62,985 nt of DNA from a candidate division TA06 bacterium SM23_40 (GCA_001303705.1 LJUI01000007.1:1-62985), one strand, 5' to 3'. Shown: positions 17,096 through 26,823, counted from the stretch's first letter. Notes: generated by a model not told the origin, from the letters alone. Numbers and translations are program-made.

Positions 17096-17510
17096 ATGAT
17101 GACTCTATAGATGGCGATGCGGACCGCCATCTGGTGAGGATCCGGAATCCAGCCGGAGAAAGCGAGGTGAATTAGGATCATCCCGGGAGCGACTGAGTTC
17201 CCACAGCGGCAGTCGGCCTCACCACGGGTCTCTTCGGTTGCACATCTCCCCTTCGCTCGGAGGGCGTCCTTCGCCCTCCGAGCTCCTAACTCTATCGGGC
17301 CTGTCCTCCAGACAGAAAATTCCATTGCCAAGGGGCGAGCTTTCCGGTAAAGTAACGGTAAACGGGCCTCGACGCCCTGACGCGGTATGGGGCGGACGGA
17401 CGTTCCCCCGATCAAGGCCATCTGCCGGGGACAGGAGGGACCTCTGATCGAGCCCATGCGGGCATGGGGCGCCTATCCGGGCCCCCGCACCATGAATAGG
17501 AAATGACTTG
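17096..17510 (+). promoter_or_regulatory. ~415-nt GC-rich structured leader / unclassified RNA between the sigma54 promoter and the ATPase gene
   Basis: No credible ORF in this stretch. Helices: GATGGCG/CGCCATC (about 17110-17131); GGTGAGG (17134-17140) pairing with CCTCACC (17216-17222) around three sub-hairpins; a perfect 12-bp hairpin GCTCGGAGGGCG/CGCCCTCCGAGC (17255-17283); CCCATG/CATGGG near 17450. Confidence 0.35.
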
Positions 17511-19310
17511 ATGATCGAGGTACGCGATCTCCATTTTTCCTACCGATATGCCGGTGGATCGATCGATGCCCTTCGCGGCATCACGCTCACCGTCGACCAT
17601 GGCGAGTTCGTCGCCGTAATGGGCCCCAACGGCTCCGGGAAATCGACACTCGCCCTCTGCCTCAACGGCATCCTCACCCCGACCTCGGGCGCGGTCATGA
17701 TCGACGGAGAGGATTCAGGTGCACCTGGCATGCGCTGGAAGATCAGACGAACGATAGGCCTCGTCTTCCAGAATCCGGACAACCAGTTCATCACGTCCAC
17801 TGTAGAACGAGAGATCGCCTTCGGCTTAGAGAACCTGGGCCTCCCCTCACGCGACATCCGCGACCGTGTCGAGAGGACTATGGCCGCGTTCTCTCTCGAA
17901 CGGTATCGCCACACTGCTCCACACAACCTCTCTGGCGGCGAAAAGCAGAAGGTGGCGTGTGCTGCGGTGGTGGCGATGGAACCGAAGTGGATCATCCTCG
18001 ATGAGCCCGCCGCCTTGCTCGATCGCCGCGGAGAGGATCAGGTCTTCCAACAGATAGAGCGTCTGCGCGATCTCGGTGTGGGAGTGATCCTCATCACCCA
18101 GAATGTCCGGGAGGCACTCTCGGCAGAGAGGCTCGTCCTCCTCGACAGGGGGCACGTCAGTGCCGACCGTACTCCTCCGTCGTTTGAGCCGGGAGAGGGG
18201 CTTGAATCGCTGCCTGCGGTACGCCTGGCCACACAACTGAAGCAGAACGGTATTGGCATCAGTGACCTCCCGGTGACGCCACAGGCTCTCACAGATGAGC
18301 TCCATCGGGCCTACGGTAATCGTTCCTTTGAGATCAGGGTCTCTGAGGCAGATCATCCCGGTCCGGCGAGCCCGTCTCCAGCGCTCGCGCTCTCGATGCC
18401 CCCTCAGCCGACCGGTACGTCTTCCGACACAACCGGGGCAGGCGCGACCCCGCGTTCGCCTGAACAAGCGCTCATTGAGATGCAGGATGTCGATTTCTCC
18501 TACCGGCACGGACTTCAAACGGAACGCCCCGCACTCTGCGACGTGGACCTCAGGATCGGCGCCGGCGATTCCTTCGCCCTCGTCGGCCCGACAGGTTCAG
18601 GGAAGAGCACCCTCGCGCTCCACCTGAACGCGCTCCTCAGGCCGGATCGCGGTCGGGTATTCGTACAAGGAGAGCCGTTGACCAATGGCAAAGGGAGGCT
18701 GGCTGAGGTGAGGCAATTTGTCGGGGTCGCCCTCCAGTACCCTGAAGATCAGTTCTTTCTCGACACTGTATTCGATGAGCTCGCGTTCGGCCCCAGGAAT
18801 TTCGGTCTCTCAGAGTCAGAGCTGCCCAACCTGGTGGCCGAAGCGCTGACTATGGTCGGACTCGACCCCGATCAGTTCTCTTCGCGCTCCCCGTTTACTC
18901 TCTCCTATGGTGAGGCGAGGAGGGCGGCGCTGGCGGCGGTGCTCTCGTGGAAACCGGACGTCCTCGTTCTCGACGAACCCACGGCCGGGCTCGATGCTCA
19001 GGGGCGAGGAGCGATCGTTCAGCTCATGCGATCTCTCGGCGCCGCAGGGCGGACAGTCATCATCATCTCTCATGACGTTGACCTTGCACTCGAGGAATGT
19101 ACAAGCGCCGGCATACTGGATCAGGGCAAGCTCGTACGGGCTGGGCCGCCGGGCACACTGGTAGCTGATGATCTCCTGTTACAGGTTGGACTGGCCCTCC
19201 CCGAGGTGACCCAGGTCATGCGGCACCTCAACGCTCTCGGATGGCCTGTCTCCGGTGCTGTCGCCTCGGTCAGTCACGCCTGCGCCGAGATCCTCGGCGC
19301 CCTCTCGTGA
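17511..19310 (+). CDS. Fused tandem ABC ATPase of the energy-coupling-factor (EcfA-EcfA') type
   Basis: Two complete ABC cassettes (GPNGSGKST...LSGGEKQKV...ILDEP and GPTGSGKST...LSYGEARRA...VLDEP) joined by a Pro/Ser/Thr-rich linker. ATG 17511 is preferred over TTG 17508. No EcfT or S-component gene follows. Confidence 0.85.
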   Translation: MIEVRDLHFSYRYAGGSIDALRGITLTVDHGEFVAVMGPNGSGKSTLALCLNGILTPTSGAVMIDGEDSGAPGMRWKIRRTIGLVFQNPDNQFITSTVEREIAFGLENLGLPSRDIRDRVERTMAAFSLERYRHTAPHNLSGGEKQKVACAAVVAMEPKWIILDEPAALLDRRGEDQVFQQIERLRDLGVGVILITQNVREALSAERLVLLDRGHVSADRTPPSFEPGEGLESLPAVRLATQLKQNGIGISDLPVTPQALTDELHRAYGNRSFEIRVSEADHPGPASPSPALALSMPPQPTGTSSDTTGAGATPRSPEQALIEMQDVDFSYRHGLQTERPALCDVDLRIGAGDSFALVGPTGSGKSTLALHLNALLRPDRGRVFVQGEPLTNGKGRLAEVRQFVGVALQYPEDQFFLDTVFDELAFGPRNFGLSESELPNLVAEALTMVGLDPDQFSSRSPFTLSYGEARRAALAAVLSWKPDVLVLDEPTAGLDAQGRGAIVQLMRSLGAAGRTVIIISHDVDLALEECTSAGILDQGKLVRAGPPGTLVADDLLLQVGLALPEVTQVMRHLNALGWPVSGAVASVSHACAEILGALS

Positions 19311-19351
19311 ACGCGTTCGGCCGCACCTCTCATGTATGAACCTGGAGGCTC

Positions 19352-19380
19352 TTGTGCAGTGCCACGATAGGCACTACGAT
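19352..19380 (+). promoter_or_regulatory. sigma70-type promoter candidate TTGTGC-N17-TACGAT with embedded 6-6-6 palindrome
   Basis: The spacer contains AGTGCCacgataGGCACT (19358-19375). The element lies about 115 nt upstream of ATG 19495. Confidence 0.35.
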
Positions 19381-19494
19381 ATTCAAGACTCGAACCCGAT
19401 CGGCGCTGAGTGCCAGGGGTTGCCCCGCAGTGGGTTTTGGGGACATATTGTCGTATGGGCGCGCCGAGGCTGGTCCGGACGTAGAGGGTATACC

Positions 19495-21576
19495 ATGAGC
19501 AGGTCTCTCCTCGCGATTACGCTGCTGCTGGCGCCAACGATCGCCCTTCCCCAGACAGCACGCATCACCATCGATACCGCTACCGATCTAGGGGCGGTGA
19601 ACAAAAACGTTCTGGGCACCAACATCTCGGTCCATTTGCCTGAGTATTACATGCTGAATCTGATGCCTCAGGGGAAAATGCAAGACCTCAGGCCCACCGT
19701 TGTGAGGTGGCCTGGAGGCAACGCAGCCTGCGAGTACAACTGGAAGATCGACGGAGATTTTCGAGACACCCTCGGCGCAGAATACGGACTGAATATCGTC
19801 GACATCGCCCAGGTCTGTGAGACGATAGGTGCGGAGCTCCTGATAGTAGCCAATTTCGGGACGATGAATGCAGAGGATGCCGCCGACTTCGTAGAGTTCT
19901 GCAACGGTCCAGTGACCTCTGAGTGGGGACACGTGAGAGATTCGCTCGGGATTCCCGAACCACTCAATGTACAGTACTGGGAGATCGGCAACGCGCTCTA
20001 TGATGAAGAGATGTGGCATTACTGCTGGACCGCCCAAGATCCGAGGAAGTACTACTTCGGCGGAAGCGAAGAGAGGAGGGGAAGCCTTTCTCCGTTTCCC
20101 GCCTTTCCCGCGGCAAAGGGCGACCTGCTCGTGAGCGATGGCTCGCCGAATCAGCGGATCGTGATCCGCTTCCCCGATGTCGTGGAGGGCTCAGACACTC
20201 TCTGGGTGGGCCCTGATACTTCCAGTCTCGAGCCATGGACACGGATCGAGAATCTCGGCGAGGTTCAGGAGGGGAACTACTACCAGATGGACTACGAGAA
20301 CGATGTCGTCACACTCGGCAACGGCAGGCACGGAAACATCCCCGAGTCAGGCCACATCGTACTCTGTGAATACACCACCACCAACCATGATGGCTATGTC
20401 GATTTTGCCGATGCAATGAAATCCGTCGATCCCACGATCAGGATCGGCATCTGCCTGGACCCCGACCCGACCTGGAGCCAGGATACCATCGAAACGGTAC
20501 TGGACCGGATCGACTTCTACTCAATGCACCAATACCGCCAGGAAGATACCACATTCCCTGGCGAATATCTGCAGCGAATCCGCGCTCCGACAAGATACCT
20601 CAGGTTGGCGCATGAAAAGAGAAAGGCTATCGACGAATGGGCCGGCCCCCATGCCGAGGGGATCGGCCTCGCCATCACTGAATGGAATTGGATGCTCTGG
20701 AGGCACACCCGCGCCACTCCGCTGGCAAACGTGAGCCTGGCCAATGCACTCGTCTCCGCAGAGGTGCTGGGGAGACTGAGCACAGAGGCTGACAGCCTCC
20801 ATCTGGTCGTGGCAAACCACTTCTGTGCCGCCACCGCCTGGGACCTAGGCTACCTCGCCCTCATAAGCCACGAGTACACGCGGCGGCCCGCCTTCTATGC
20901 GTTCATGTTCTTCAACGACTACTTCGGGGAACGACTCGTGCACCGCGAGGTCGAAACGGACTGGTACGTTGCCGGGAACGACACAGTGCCCCTGGTGACG
21001 GCCTTTACGAGCACGAGCCTCTCCGGCGATACGCTCCATCTTATCGCCATCAACAAGCACGACACCCTTGACTACGAGACGGAGATCGAGATCTCCGGCT
21101 TCGAGCCTGATTCGATCGCCTTTGTGTACACCCTCAATGGAGATAGCGTGTACGCGACGAACGAGGAGGACTCAGCGAATATCACCATCCAGGACACCCT
21201 GATCACATATGCCTCGGAAAACTTCACCTACACGCTCCCAGCACATTCCCTGACTGCGATAGCCTTTCTGAATCGCCACATGGGCGAGGACAGCATCACT
21301 TCCTATCAATTGCAGCAGAACGCGCCAAATCCATTCGCGTCCTCTACGACGTTCGACTATGCGATCCCGGAGCCGGGCCCTGTCGAGCTCAGGGCGTACA
21401 ACCTCCTCGGCCAGCGGGTGAAGACGTTCCACAATGGCGGGATGCAGCCCGGCCGGTATACGATGACGTGGGACGGCAGGGGAGACGATGGCATAAAGGT
21501 GGCGTCGGGTGTCTACTTCATCGTGTTGCGGGCAGGGGATCTCGTCGTCGCAAAGAAGGTGCTGCTAGTGCGGTAA
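19495..21576 (+). CDS. Secreted clan GH-A glycoside hydrolase (alpha-L-arabinofuranosidase-like) with FlgD-like/T9SS-type C-terminal domain
   Basis: The internal ATG 19495 gives signal peptide MSRSLLAITLLLAPTIALPQ. Motifs VRWPGGNAACEYNW, YWEIGNALY (acid/base Glu) and ITEWNW (nucleophile Glu). Tail reads QNAPNPFASSTTFDYAIPEPGPVELRAYNLLGQRV...WDGRGDDGIKVASGVYF. Confidence 0.75.
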   Translation: MSRSLLAITLLLAPTIALPQTARITIDTATDLGAVNKNVLGTNISVHLPEYYMLNLMPQGKMQDLRPTVVRWPGGNAACEYNWKIDGDFRDTLGAEYGLNIVDIAQVCETIGAELLIVANFGTMNAEDAADFVEFCNGPVTSEWGHVRDSLGIPEPLNVQYWEIGNALYDEEMWHYCWTAQDPRKYYFGGSEERRGSLSPFPAFPAAKGDLLVSDGSPNQRIVIRFPDVVEGSDTLWVGPDTSSLEPWTRIENLGEVQEGNYYQMDYENDVVTLGNGRHGNIPESGHIVLCEYTTTNHDGYVDFADAMKSVDPTIRIGICLDPDPTWSQDTIETVLDRIDFYSMHQYRQEDTTFPGEYLQRIRAPTRYLRLAHEKRKAIDEWAGPHAEGIGLAITEWNWMLWRHTRATPLANVSLANALVSAEVLGRLSTEADSLHLVVANHFCAATAWDLGYLALISHEYTRRPAFYAFMFFNDYFGERLVHREVETDWYVAGNDTVPLVTAFTSTSLSGDTLHLIAINKHDTLDYETEIEISGFEPDSIAFVYTLNGDSVYATNEEDSANITIQDTLITYASENFTYTLPAHSLTAIAFLNRHMGEDSITSYQLQQNAPNPFASSTTFDYAIPEPGPVELRAYNLLGQRVKTFHNGGMQPGRYTMTWDGRGDDGIKVASGVYFIVLRAGDLVVAKKVLLVR

Positions 21577-21596
21577 CTCAAGCAGCCAACATTATG

Positions 21597-21622
21597 GGCC
21601 CTCCTGAAATGCCTGGAGGGCC
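21597..21622. terminator. Hairpin between convergent genes (candidate bidirectional terminator)
   Basis: GGCCCTCC (21597-21604), a 10-nt loop, GGAGGGCC (21615-21622), followed by TTCTGTTC. Confidence 0.45.
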
Positions 21623-21648
21623 TTCTGTTCAGTCACACCGGTTGGAGG

Positions 21649-22152
21649 CTAGCGCTCGAGGACAACGAGCGTGTCCCCTTTCTCTACTTTCTCCCCCTCG
21701 CTCACATGGATCTCTTTCACCGTCCCCGCAGAGGGGGCCCGGAGTTCATTCTGCATCTTCATCGCCTCCAGGATCAGGAGTCCCTGGCCCCGGTCGACGG
21801 TCTCCCCGGGCGCGACCTCGACGGCAACGACGAGACCGGGCATCGGCGCCTTCACCACTGCCCCGCCTCTCCCGTGAGCTTCACCACGCCCTCCCCCGAT
21901 CCGCGCCCGTCGCGCCTCCTGCACGCTGGCCAGATAGACATTCCCATCGATCGACAGCTCATAATCGCCCTGTACCGTCTCCACCTCCAGCTCGATCTGG
22001 CGCCCCTCTATGATCGCGGACAGGAGTGAGCTGCGAACAGCCTCGATATCGACAGCGACCTCACGCCCGTCCACCGACACCGCCAGCCGGCCATTGACCT
22101 CCTCGACATCGACCTGGAACTCCCGGTCTTCGACTCTCACCACGTACTTCAT
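21649..22152 (-). CDS. Biotin carboxyl carrier / biotinyl-domain subunit
   Basis: The C-terminal biotinyl domain has the motif LLILEAMKMQNELRAPSAGTV (biotinyl-Lys in the AMKM motif). Confidence 0.85.
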   Translation of the reverse strand: MKYVVRVEDREFQVDVEEVNGRLAVSVDGREVAVDIEAVRSSLLSAIIEGRQIELEVETVQGDYELSIDGNVYLASVQEARRARIGGGRGEAHGRGGAVVKAPMPGLVVAVEVAPGETVDRGQGLLILEAMKMQNELRAPSAGTVKEIHVSEGEKVEKGDTLVVLER

Positions 22153-22156
22153 CGCT

Positions 22157-23650
22157 CTATTGCAGTCCTTCCCTGCGGGCTACAGCCTTCCAGCGGCTCA
22201 TGCGCTTCTGCTCGCCCGCGAACCGACGAGGCACTGTCCTGCCGCGCTCGCGATGGGCGAGCACGGCGGCCACTATCGCTGCCGCAGCCAGGTGACGCCC
22301 GTCCCCTTCCTGCGCCTCCAACTCATCGACGATACCTGTATCATAGTTACCGGATCGAAATCGGGGATTGTCGATCACCCGGCGGTGGAACGAGACTGTC
22401 GTCTTGACCCCCGTAATGGCATACTCGGCAAGAGCCCGGCGCATGCGCTCAATGGCTTCCTCGCGGTCCTTCCCCCAGACAATGAGCTTGGCGATGAGAG
22501 GATCATAGAAGACTGGAACCTCATACCCCTCGTAGACCCCACTATCGACCCTTGCCCACGGACCGGAGGGCTCACGCAGCTTCTCGATTATCCCCCCCGA
22601 GGGCATGAACTCGTTGTCGGGGTCCTCAGTGTAGATGCGACACTCAATTGCCGCACCGCGTGGTGCGAGACTCTCTTTCGAAACGGAGAGAGGTTCACCT
22701 GAAGCGATCCGAAACTGCTCGTTCACGAGATCGACACCCGTCACCAGTTCAGTCACCGGATGTTCGACCTGAAGCCTTGTATTCATCTCCAGGAAATAGT
22801 AGTTGTGTGCCTCGTCCATGAGGAACTCGACAGTCCCCGCACTCTCGTATCCCACGGCTCTCGCCGACTTCACGGCTGCCTTCCCCATCTCCTCCCTGCG
22901 CGCCGCATCGAGGACAGGGGATGGAGACTCCTCGATCAGCTTCTGATGGCGCCTCTGGACGGAGCACTCGCGCTCTCCGAGGTGTACGGTATTGCCGTGT
23001 GAGTCGGCAACGATCTGAAACTCGATGTGGCGTGGCCTCTTCAGCAACTTCTCGAGATAGATCGTGCCATCGCCGAATGCTCCTCGTGCCTCATCGGCGG
23101 CCATGGCGAGCGCCCCCGCCAGACTCTTCTCATCCTGGACGACCCTCATCCCCTTACCACCGCCGCCGAGCGCTGCCTTGATGATGACCGGAAATCCCAG
23201 CTTCTTCGCCCACTCGGTGGCCTGACCTTCGTTCTCAATCGGCCCTTCGCTCCCCGGCACCACGGCAACACCCGCCCCTGCCACCGCCCGCCGTGCGAAG
23301 AGCTTGTCCCCCATCGCCTTCATCGCCTCAGGGGAAGGCCCGACGAAGACAACGCCGGCTTCTCTGCAGGCGCTCGCGAAACTCGCGTTCTCCGCGAGAA
23401 ACCCGTACCCGGGGTGAATCGCCTCTGCCCCCGATGCCAGCGCAACCTCGATGATCGCGTCGCCCCGCAGATAGCTCTCCCGCGAGGGGGCGGGACCGAT
23501 GCAATAAGCCTCGTCCGCTACTCGCACATGTAGCGATGTACGGTCTGCTTCGGAAAAGACCGCAACCGTCTGGATATTCATCTCCCGGGCGGCTCGCATC
23601 ACGCGGACTGCGATCTCCCCTCGATTGGCAATAAGTATCTTGCTGAACAC
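22157..23650 (-). CDS. accC: Biotin carboxylase
   Basis: MFSKILIANRGEIAVRVMRAA...IIKAALGGGGKGMRVV...EMNTRLQVEHPVTE, a full-length ATP-grasp biotin carboxylase. Confidence 0.9.
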   Translation of the reverse strand: MFSKILIANRGEIAVRVMRAAREMNIQTVAVFSEADRTSLHVRVADEAYCIGPAPSRESYLRGDAIIEVALASGAEAIHPGYGFLAENASFASACREAGVVFVGPSPEAMKAMGDKLFARRAVAGAGVAVVPGSEGPIENEGQATEWAKKLGFPVIIKAALGGGGKGMRVVQDEKSLAGALAMAADEARGAFGDGTIYLEKLLKRPRHIEFQIVADSHGNTVHLGERECSVQRRHQKLIEESPSPVLDAARREEMGKAAVKSARAVGYESAGTVEFLMDEAHNYYFLEMNTRLQVEHPVTELVTGVDLVNEQFRIASGEPLSVSKESLAPRGAAIECRIYTEDPDNEFMPSGGIIEKLREPSGPWARVDSGVYEGYEVPVFYDPLIAKLIVWGKDREEAIERMRRALAEYAITGVKTTVSFHRRVIDNPRFRSGNYDTGIVDELEAQEGDGRHLAAAAIVAAVLAHRERGRTVPRRFAGEQKRMSRWKAVARREGLQ

Positions 23651-23734
23651 CCTTCCTACCCGCCTCCTCGTTCCAGCGCGACCTGCTCCTGCCGCTGCAG
23701 GAGACGCGACATCTACATTGCAGCGGCCTCTACA

Positions 23735-25171
23735 CTACAGCGGAATGGACCCATGCTTCTTGGGCGGATTCTGCTGTCTCTTGTTCGTCAGCATCTCCAG
23801 AGAAGCGATGATCTTTGGACGCGTCTCTCGCGGCTCGATCACCTCATCGATATATCCCATCTGGGCCGCAACATAGGGACTGGCGAACCTCTTAGTAGGC
23901 CAGGCGAAGTTGATATCACCCCTGATGTGCTTTGAGGACATTACATCGTACGCTCCTCCGTACGCCTTCCTGGTGATCACTGTGATTTTCGGAACCGTCG
24001 ACTCGCAATATGCATAGAGAAGCTTGGCCCCGTGTTTGATGATCCCGCCGTGCTCCTGAGCGGTCCCCGGCATGAACCCCGGTACATCCTCGAATGTTAT
24101 GAGCGGTATATTAAACGCATCGCAAAACCGTACGAACCGAGCCCCCTTTACCGAAGAGTCGATATCGAGCACGCCGGCCAAAAAGGACGGTTGCTGAGCC
24201 ACGATCCCCACAGGCATCCCGTTCATCCGGGCGAATCCGACGATGATGTTCTGAGCATAGTGCTCGTGCACTTCCAACAGATCTCCATTGTCGACGACCA
24301 TTGTTATTGCATCTCTCATATCGTACGGCTTGATCGAACTCTCCGGGATAATAGTATCCAGATCTTCCTCCATGCGCAATGGGTCATCCGATGGCTCGAT
24401 GCTCGGTGGGTCCTCGAGGTTATTCTGGGGAATGAACGAAAGAAGCCGCCTGATCTGGGTACTGCACATGCCATCGTCGTCGGCGATGAAGTGACATACT
24501 CCGCTCTTGGTTGCATGCACCTCCGCTCCGCCGAGCTCCTCGAAACTCACTTCCTCATGAGTCACGGTCTTGACAACATCGGGCCCTGTAACGAACATGT
24601 GGCTGGTACCGCGAACCATGAAGATGAAGTCAGTCAGCGCCGGCGAGTAGACCGCTCCCCCGGCACACGGCCCCATGACTGCCGAGATCTGTGGTATGAC
24701 GCCGGAGGCCAGCGTATTCCTGAGGAATATCTCCGCGTACCCCCCCAAGCTGGTAACCCCTTCCTGAATGCGTGCCCCGCCGGAGTCGTTGAGGCCAATC
24801 ACTGGGGCTCCGACCTTCACCGCCTGATCCATCACCTTGCAGATCTTCTCGGCATGGGCGAGCGATAGGGTCCCGCCGAACACAGTGAAGTCCTGGGAGA
24901 AGACGAAGACAAGACGTCCATCGATCGTCCCGTACCCGGTCACGACGCCGTCACCGGGTATTTTCCGATCCTCCAGGCCGAAGTCATGGATCCGGTGCGT
25001 CACCATCGCATCGAATTCCTGAAAACTCCCCTCGTCGAGGAGGAGGTCGAGCCGCTCGCGGGCCGAGAGCTTGCCCCGCTCGTGCTGCTTGGCCATCCGT
25101 TCTGGCCCACCCCCCTCTTTCACCTTCTCCCTGAGCTGCCGCAGTTCCTGGATCTTCTCCTTGGCTGTCAT
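23735..25171 (-). CDS. Acyl-CoA carboxyltransferase (propionyl-CoA carboxylase beta / methylmalonyl-CoA carboxyltransferase family) with an internal in-frame deletion
   Basis: The start ATG 25171 overlaps the upstream stop (ATGA). [17 protein letters not shown]...[18 protein letters not shown]... is typical of the family. The C-terminus reads [25 protein letters not shown] and lacks the expected AEIAVMGA... segment. Confidence 0.8.
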   Translation of the reverse strand: MTAKEKIQELRQLREKVKEGGGPERMAKQHERGKLSARERLDLLLDEGSFQEFDAMVTHRIHDFGLEDRKIPGDGVVTGYGTIDGRLVFVFSQDFTVFGGTLSLAHAEKICKVMDQAVKVGAPVIGLNDSGGARIQEGVTSLGGYAEIFLRNTLASGVIPQISAVMGPCAGGAVYSPALTDFIFMVRGTSHMFVTGPDVVKTVTHEEVSFEELGGAEVHATKSGVCHFIADDDGMCSTQIRRLLSFIPQNNLEDPPSIEPSDDPLRMEEDLDTIIPESSIKPYDMRDAITMVVDNGDLLEVHEHYAQNIIVGFARMNGMPVGIVAQQPSFLAGVLDIDSSVKGARFVRFCDAFNIPLITFEDVPGFMPGTAQEHGGIIKHGAKLLYAYCESTVPKITVITRKAYGGAYDVMSSKHIRGDINFAWPTKRFASPYVAAQMGYIDEVIEPRETRPKIIASLEMLTNKRQQNPPKKHGSIPL

Positions 25172-26322
25172 TGGCTTGCGTACTCCTTGATTATTCTTGA
25201 GGCGATCACAAGCCTCTGGATCTGATTGGTCCCCTCGTAAATCTGTGTCAGTTTCGCATCCCGCATCATCTTTTCCACGGGATAGTCGCGCATGTACCCG
25301 TACCCGCCGAGAATCTGCACAGCGTTCGTCGTCACCCTCATCGCCATGTCCGACGAGAAGAGCTTCGCCATTGCACACGCCCTGCTGATGTCCTTGGCCC
25401 CGCTGTCGATCCACCGACAGACCGAATAGACGAGAGCACGGGCCGCCTCGATCTCCGTCGCCATGTCGGCAAGCAGGAAGCTTACCCCCTGGAACGAGAT
25501 GATAGGCTTGCCGAACTGAACCCGCTGGCTGGCGTACTCGGCAGCCGCCTCATACGCACCTTGTGCAATGCCGACAGCAAGCGCCCCGATCATGGGGCGT
25601 GACTTATCCAGCGTCTTCATCGCCACCTTGAATCCATCGCCCTCCTCGCCCAGCAGGTTCTCCTTCGGGATCCGACAGTCCTCGAAGATGAGCTCTCTGG
25701 TCGACGAGCACCGATGGCCCATCTTCTTTTCCTTCCTCCCGAAACTGAAGCCCGGCGTGTCTTTCTCCACGATGAACGCCGCGAGACCCCTGACCCCTCG
25801 GGAGCGATCGATGGAGGCGAATACGGTATAGATTTCGCCTTCACCAGCATTGGTGATGAACTGTTTCGTTCCATTGATAATGTACCCGTCCCCATCCAGC
25901 ACCGCGGTCGTCTGTATGTTACTCGCGTCACTCCCGGCCTCCGCCTCAGTGAGAGCGAATGCGGGAAGCCTTTCTCCCGCAGCGATCGGCGGAAGGTACT
26001 TCTGCTTCTGTTCTTCTGTCCCCGCAAGGAGAATGGGGAATGATCCCAGAGATGAGACTCCGAATGTCGTGGCCACACCGCTGCAAACGCGCGCGAGCTC
26101 CTCGCCCACGACTCCCAGCTCCATCAATCCGCCGCCGGTCCCTCCGTACTCCTCGGGAAGAAAGACGCGGAACAGATCGGCCTTGCCGAGCTCCTGCACG
26201 ATCTCCCAGGGAAACTTCTCCTGCTCATCGAGCTCTTCACGAACTGGTTTGATCCGTTCTTCAGCGATCTTCCTGGTCAACTCTTTGATCATCTGCTGCT
26301 CTTCCGTCAGGAAGTGGTCCAT
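25168..26322 (-). CDS. Acyl-CoA dehydrogenase (short/butyryl-chain-like)
   Basis: ATG 26322 with GGAGGGAGGG upstream. [22 protein letters not shown]...[13 protein letters not shown]; length 384 aa. Confidence 0.85.
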   Translation of the reverse strand: MDHFLTEEQQMIKELTRKIAEERIKPVREELDEQEKFPWEIVQELGKADLFRVFLPEEYGGTGGGLMELGVVGEELARVCSGVATTFGVSSLGSFPILLAGTEEQKQKYLPPIAAGERLPAFALTEAEAGSDASNIQTTAVLDGDGYIINGTKQFITNAGEGEIYTVFASIDRSRGVRGLAAFIVEKDTPGFSFGRKEKKMGHRCSSTRELIFEDCRIPKENLLGEEGDGFKVAMKTLDKSRPMIGALAVGIAQGAYEAAAEYASQRVQFGKPIISFQGVSFLLADMATEIEAARALVYSVCRWIDSGAKDISRACAMAKLFSSDMAMRVTTNAVQILGGYGYMRDYPVEKMMRDAKLTQIYEGTNQIQRLVIASRIIKEYASQ

Positions 26323-26421
26323 CCCTCCCTCCTTTCTCCAACGCCAGCCATCTCCGATGTACTGCATTCTCTCCATGCCCGCCCCACAGAATTCAGGGAC
26401 GGATGGTCTGGCGAGTCATTC

Positions 26422-26823
26422 TCAGTCAGCCCGGTCCTCGAACGTCTCTTCGAGATAGCTGATGATCTCAGTGGTCGGCGTCCCGGGAGTGAACAGCCGC
26501 CCGATGCCGAGTGCGTCAAGTTTCTCAATGTCCTCATCGGGAATGATGCCCCCGCCGAACACAAGGATGTGCTCTACTCCTTTCTCCCTGAGTAGTTCCA
26601 GGACGCGAGGGAAGATCGTCATATGGGCCCCGGAAAGGATGCTCAGGCCAATAGCGTCAACGTCCTCCTGGATCGCCGCATCGACGATCATCTCAGGTGT
26701 CTGGTGAAGGCCGGTATAGATCACCTCCATGCCGGCATCACGCAGCGCCCTTGCCACCACTTTTGCTCCTCTGTCGTGGCCATCCAACCCGGGTTTGGCC
26801 ACGAGTATTCGAAGTTTCTTCAC
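26422..26823 (-). CDS. Acyl-CoA mutase small subunit (cobalamin-binding domain)
   Basis: GTG 26823 lies 7 nt after [30 protein letters not shown] contains the DxHxxG B12-binding motif. The protein is a 133-aa stand-alone domain. Confidence 0.85.
   Translation of the reverse strand: MKKLRILVAKPGLDGHDRGAKVVARALRDAGMEVIYTGLHQTPEMIVDAAIQEDVDAIGLSILSGAHMTIFPRVLELLREKGVEHILVFGGGIIPDEDIEKLDALGIGRLFTPGTPTTEIISYLEETFEDRAD

Noticed and set aside
17096-17510. Assigning the structured region to RNase P RNA, tmRNA, SRP/4.5S RNA, 6S RNA or a cobalamin riboswitch.
   Set aside because: I found no GGAAAGUCCGGGC or ACAGAACCCGGCUUA (RNase P). There is no tRNA-like 3' end and no tag ORF (tmRNA), and no GGAAGCAGCC motif (SRP). 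Fragments resembling GGUGAAUU...GACUGAG..CCCACAGCGG and CAGGAGGGACCUCUG vaguely recall the B12 core and B12 box. However, they are mis-spaced (about 300 nt apart) and imperfect. The region is left unclassified.
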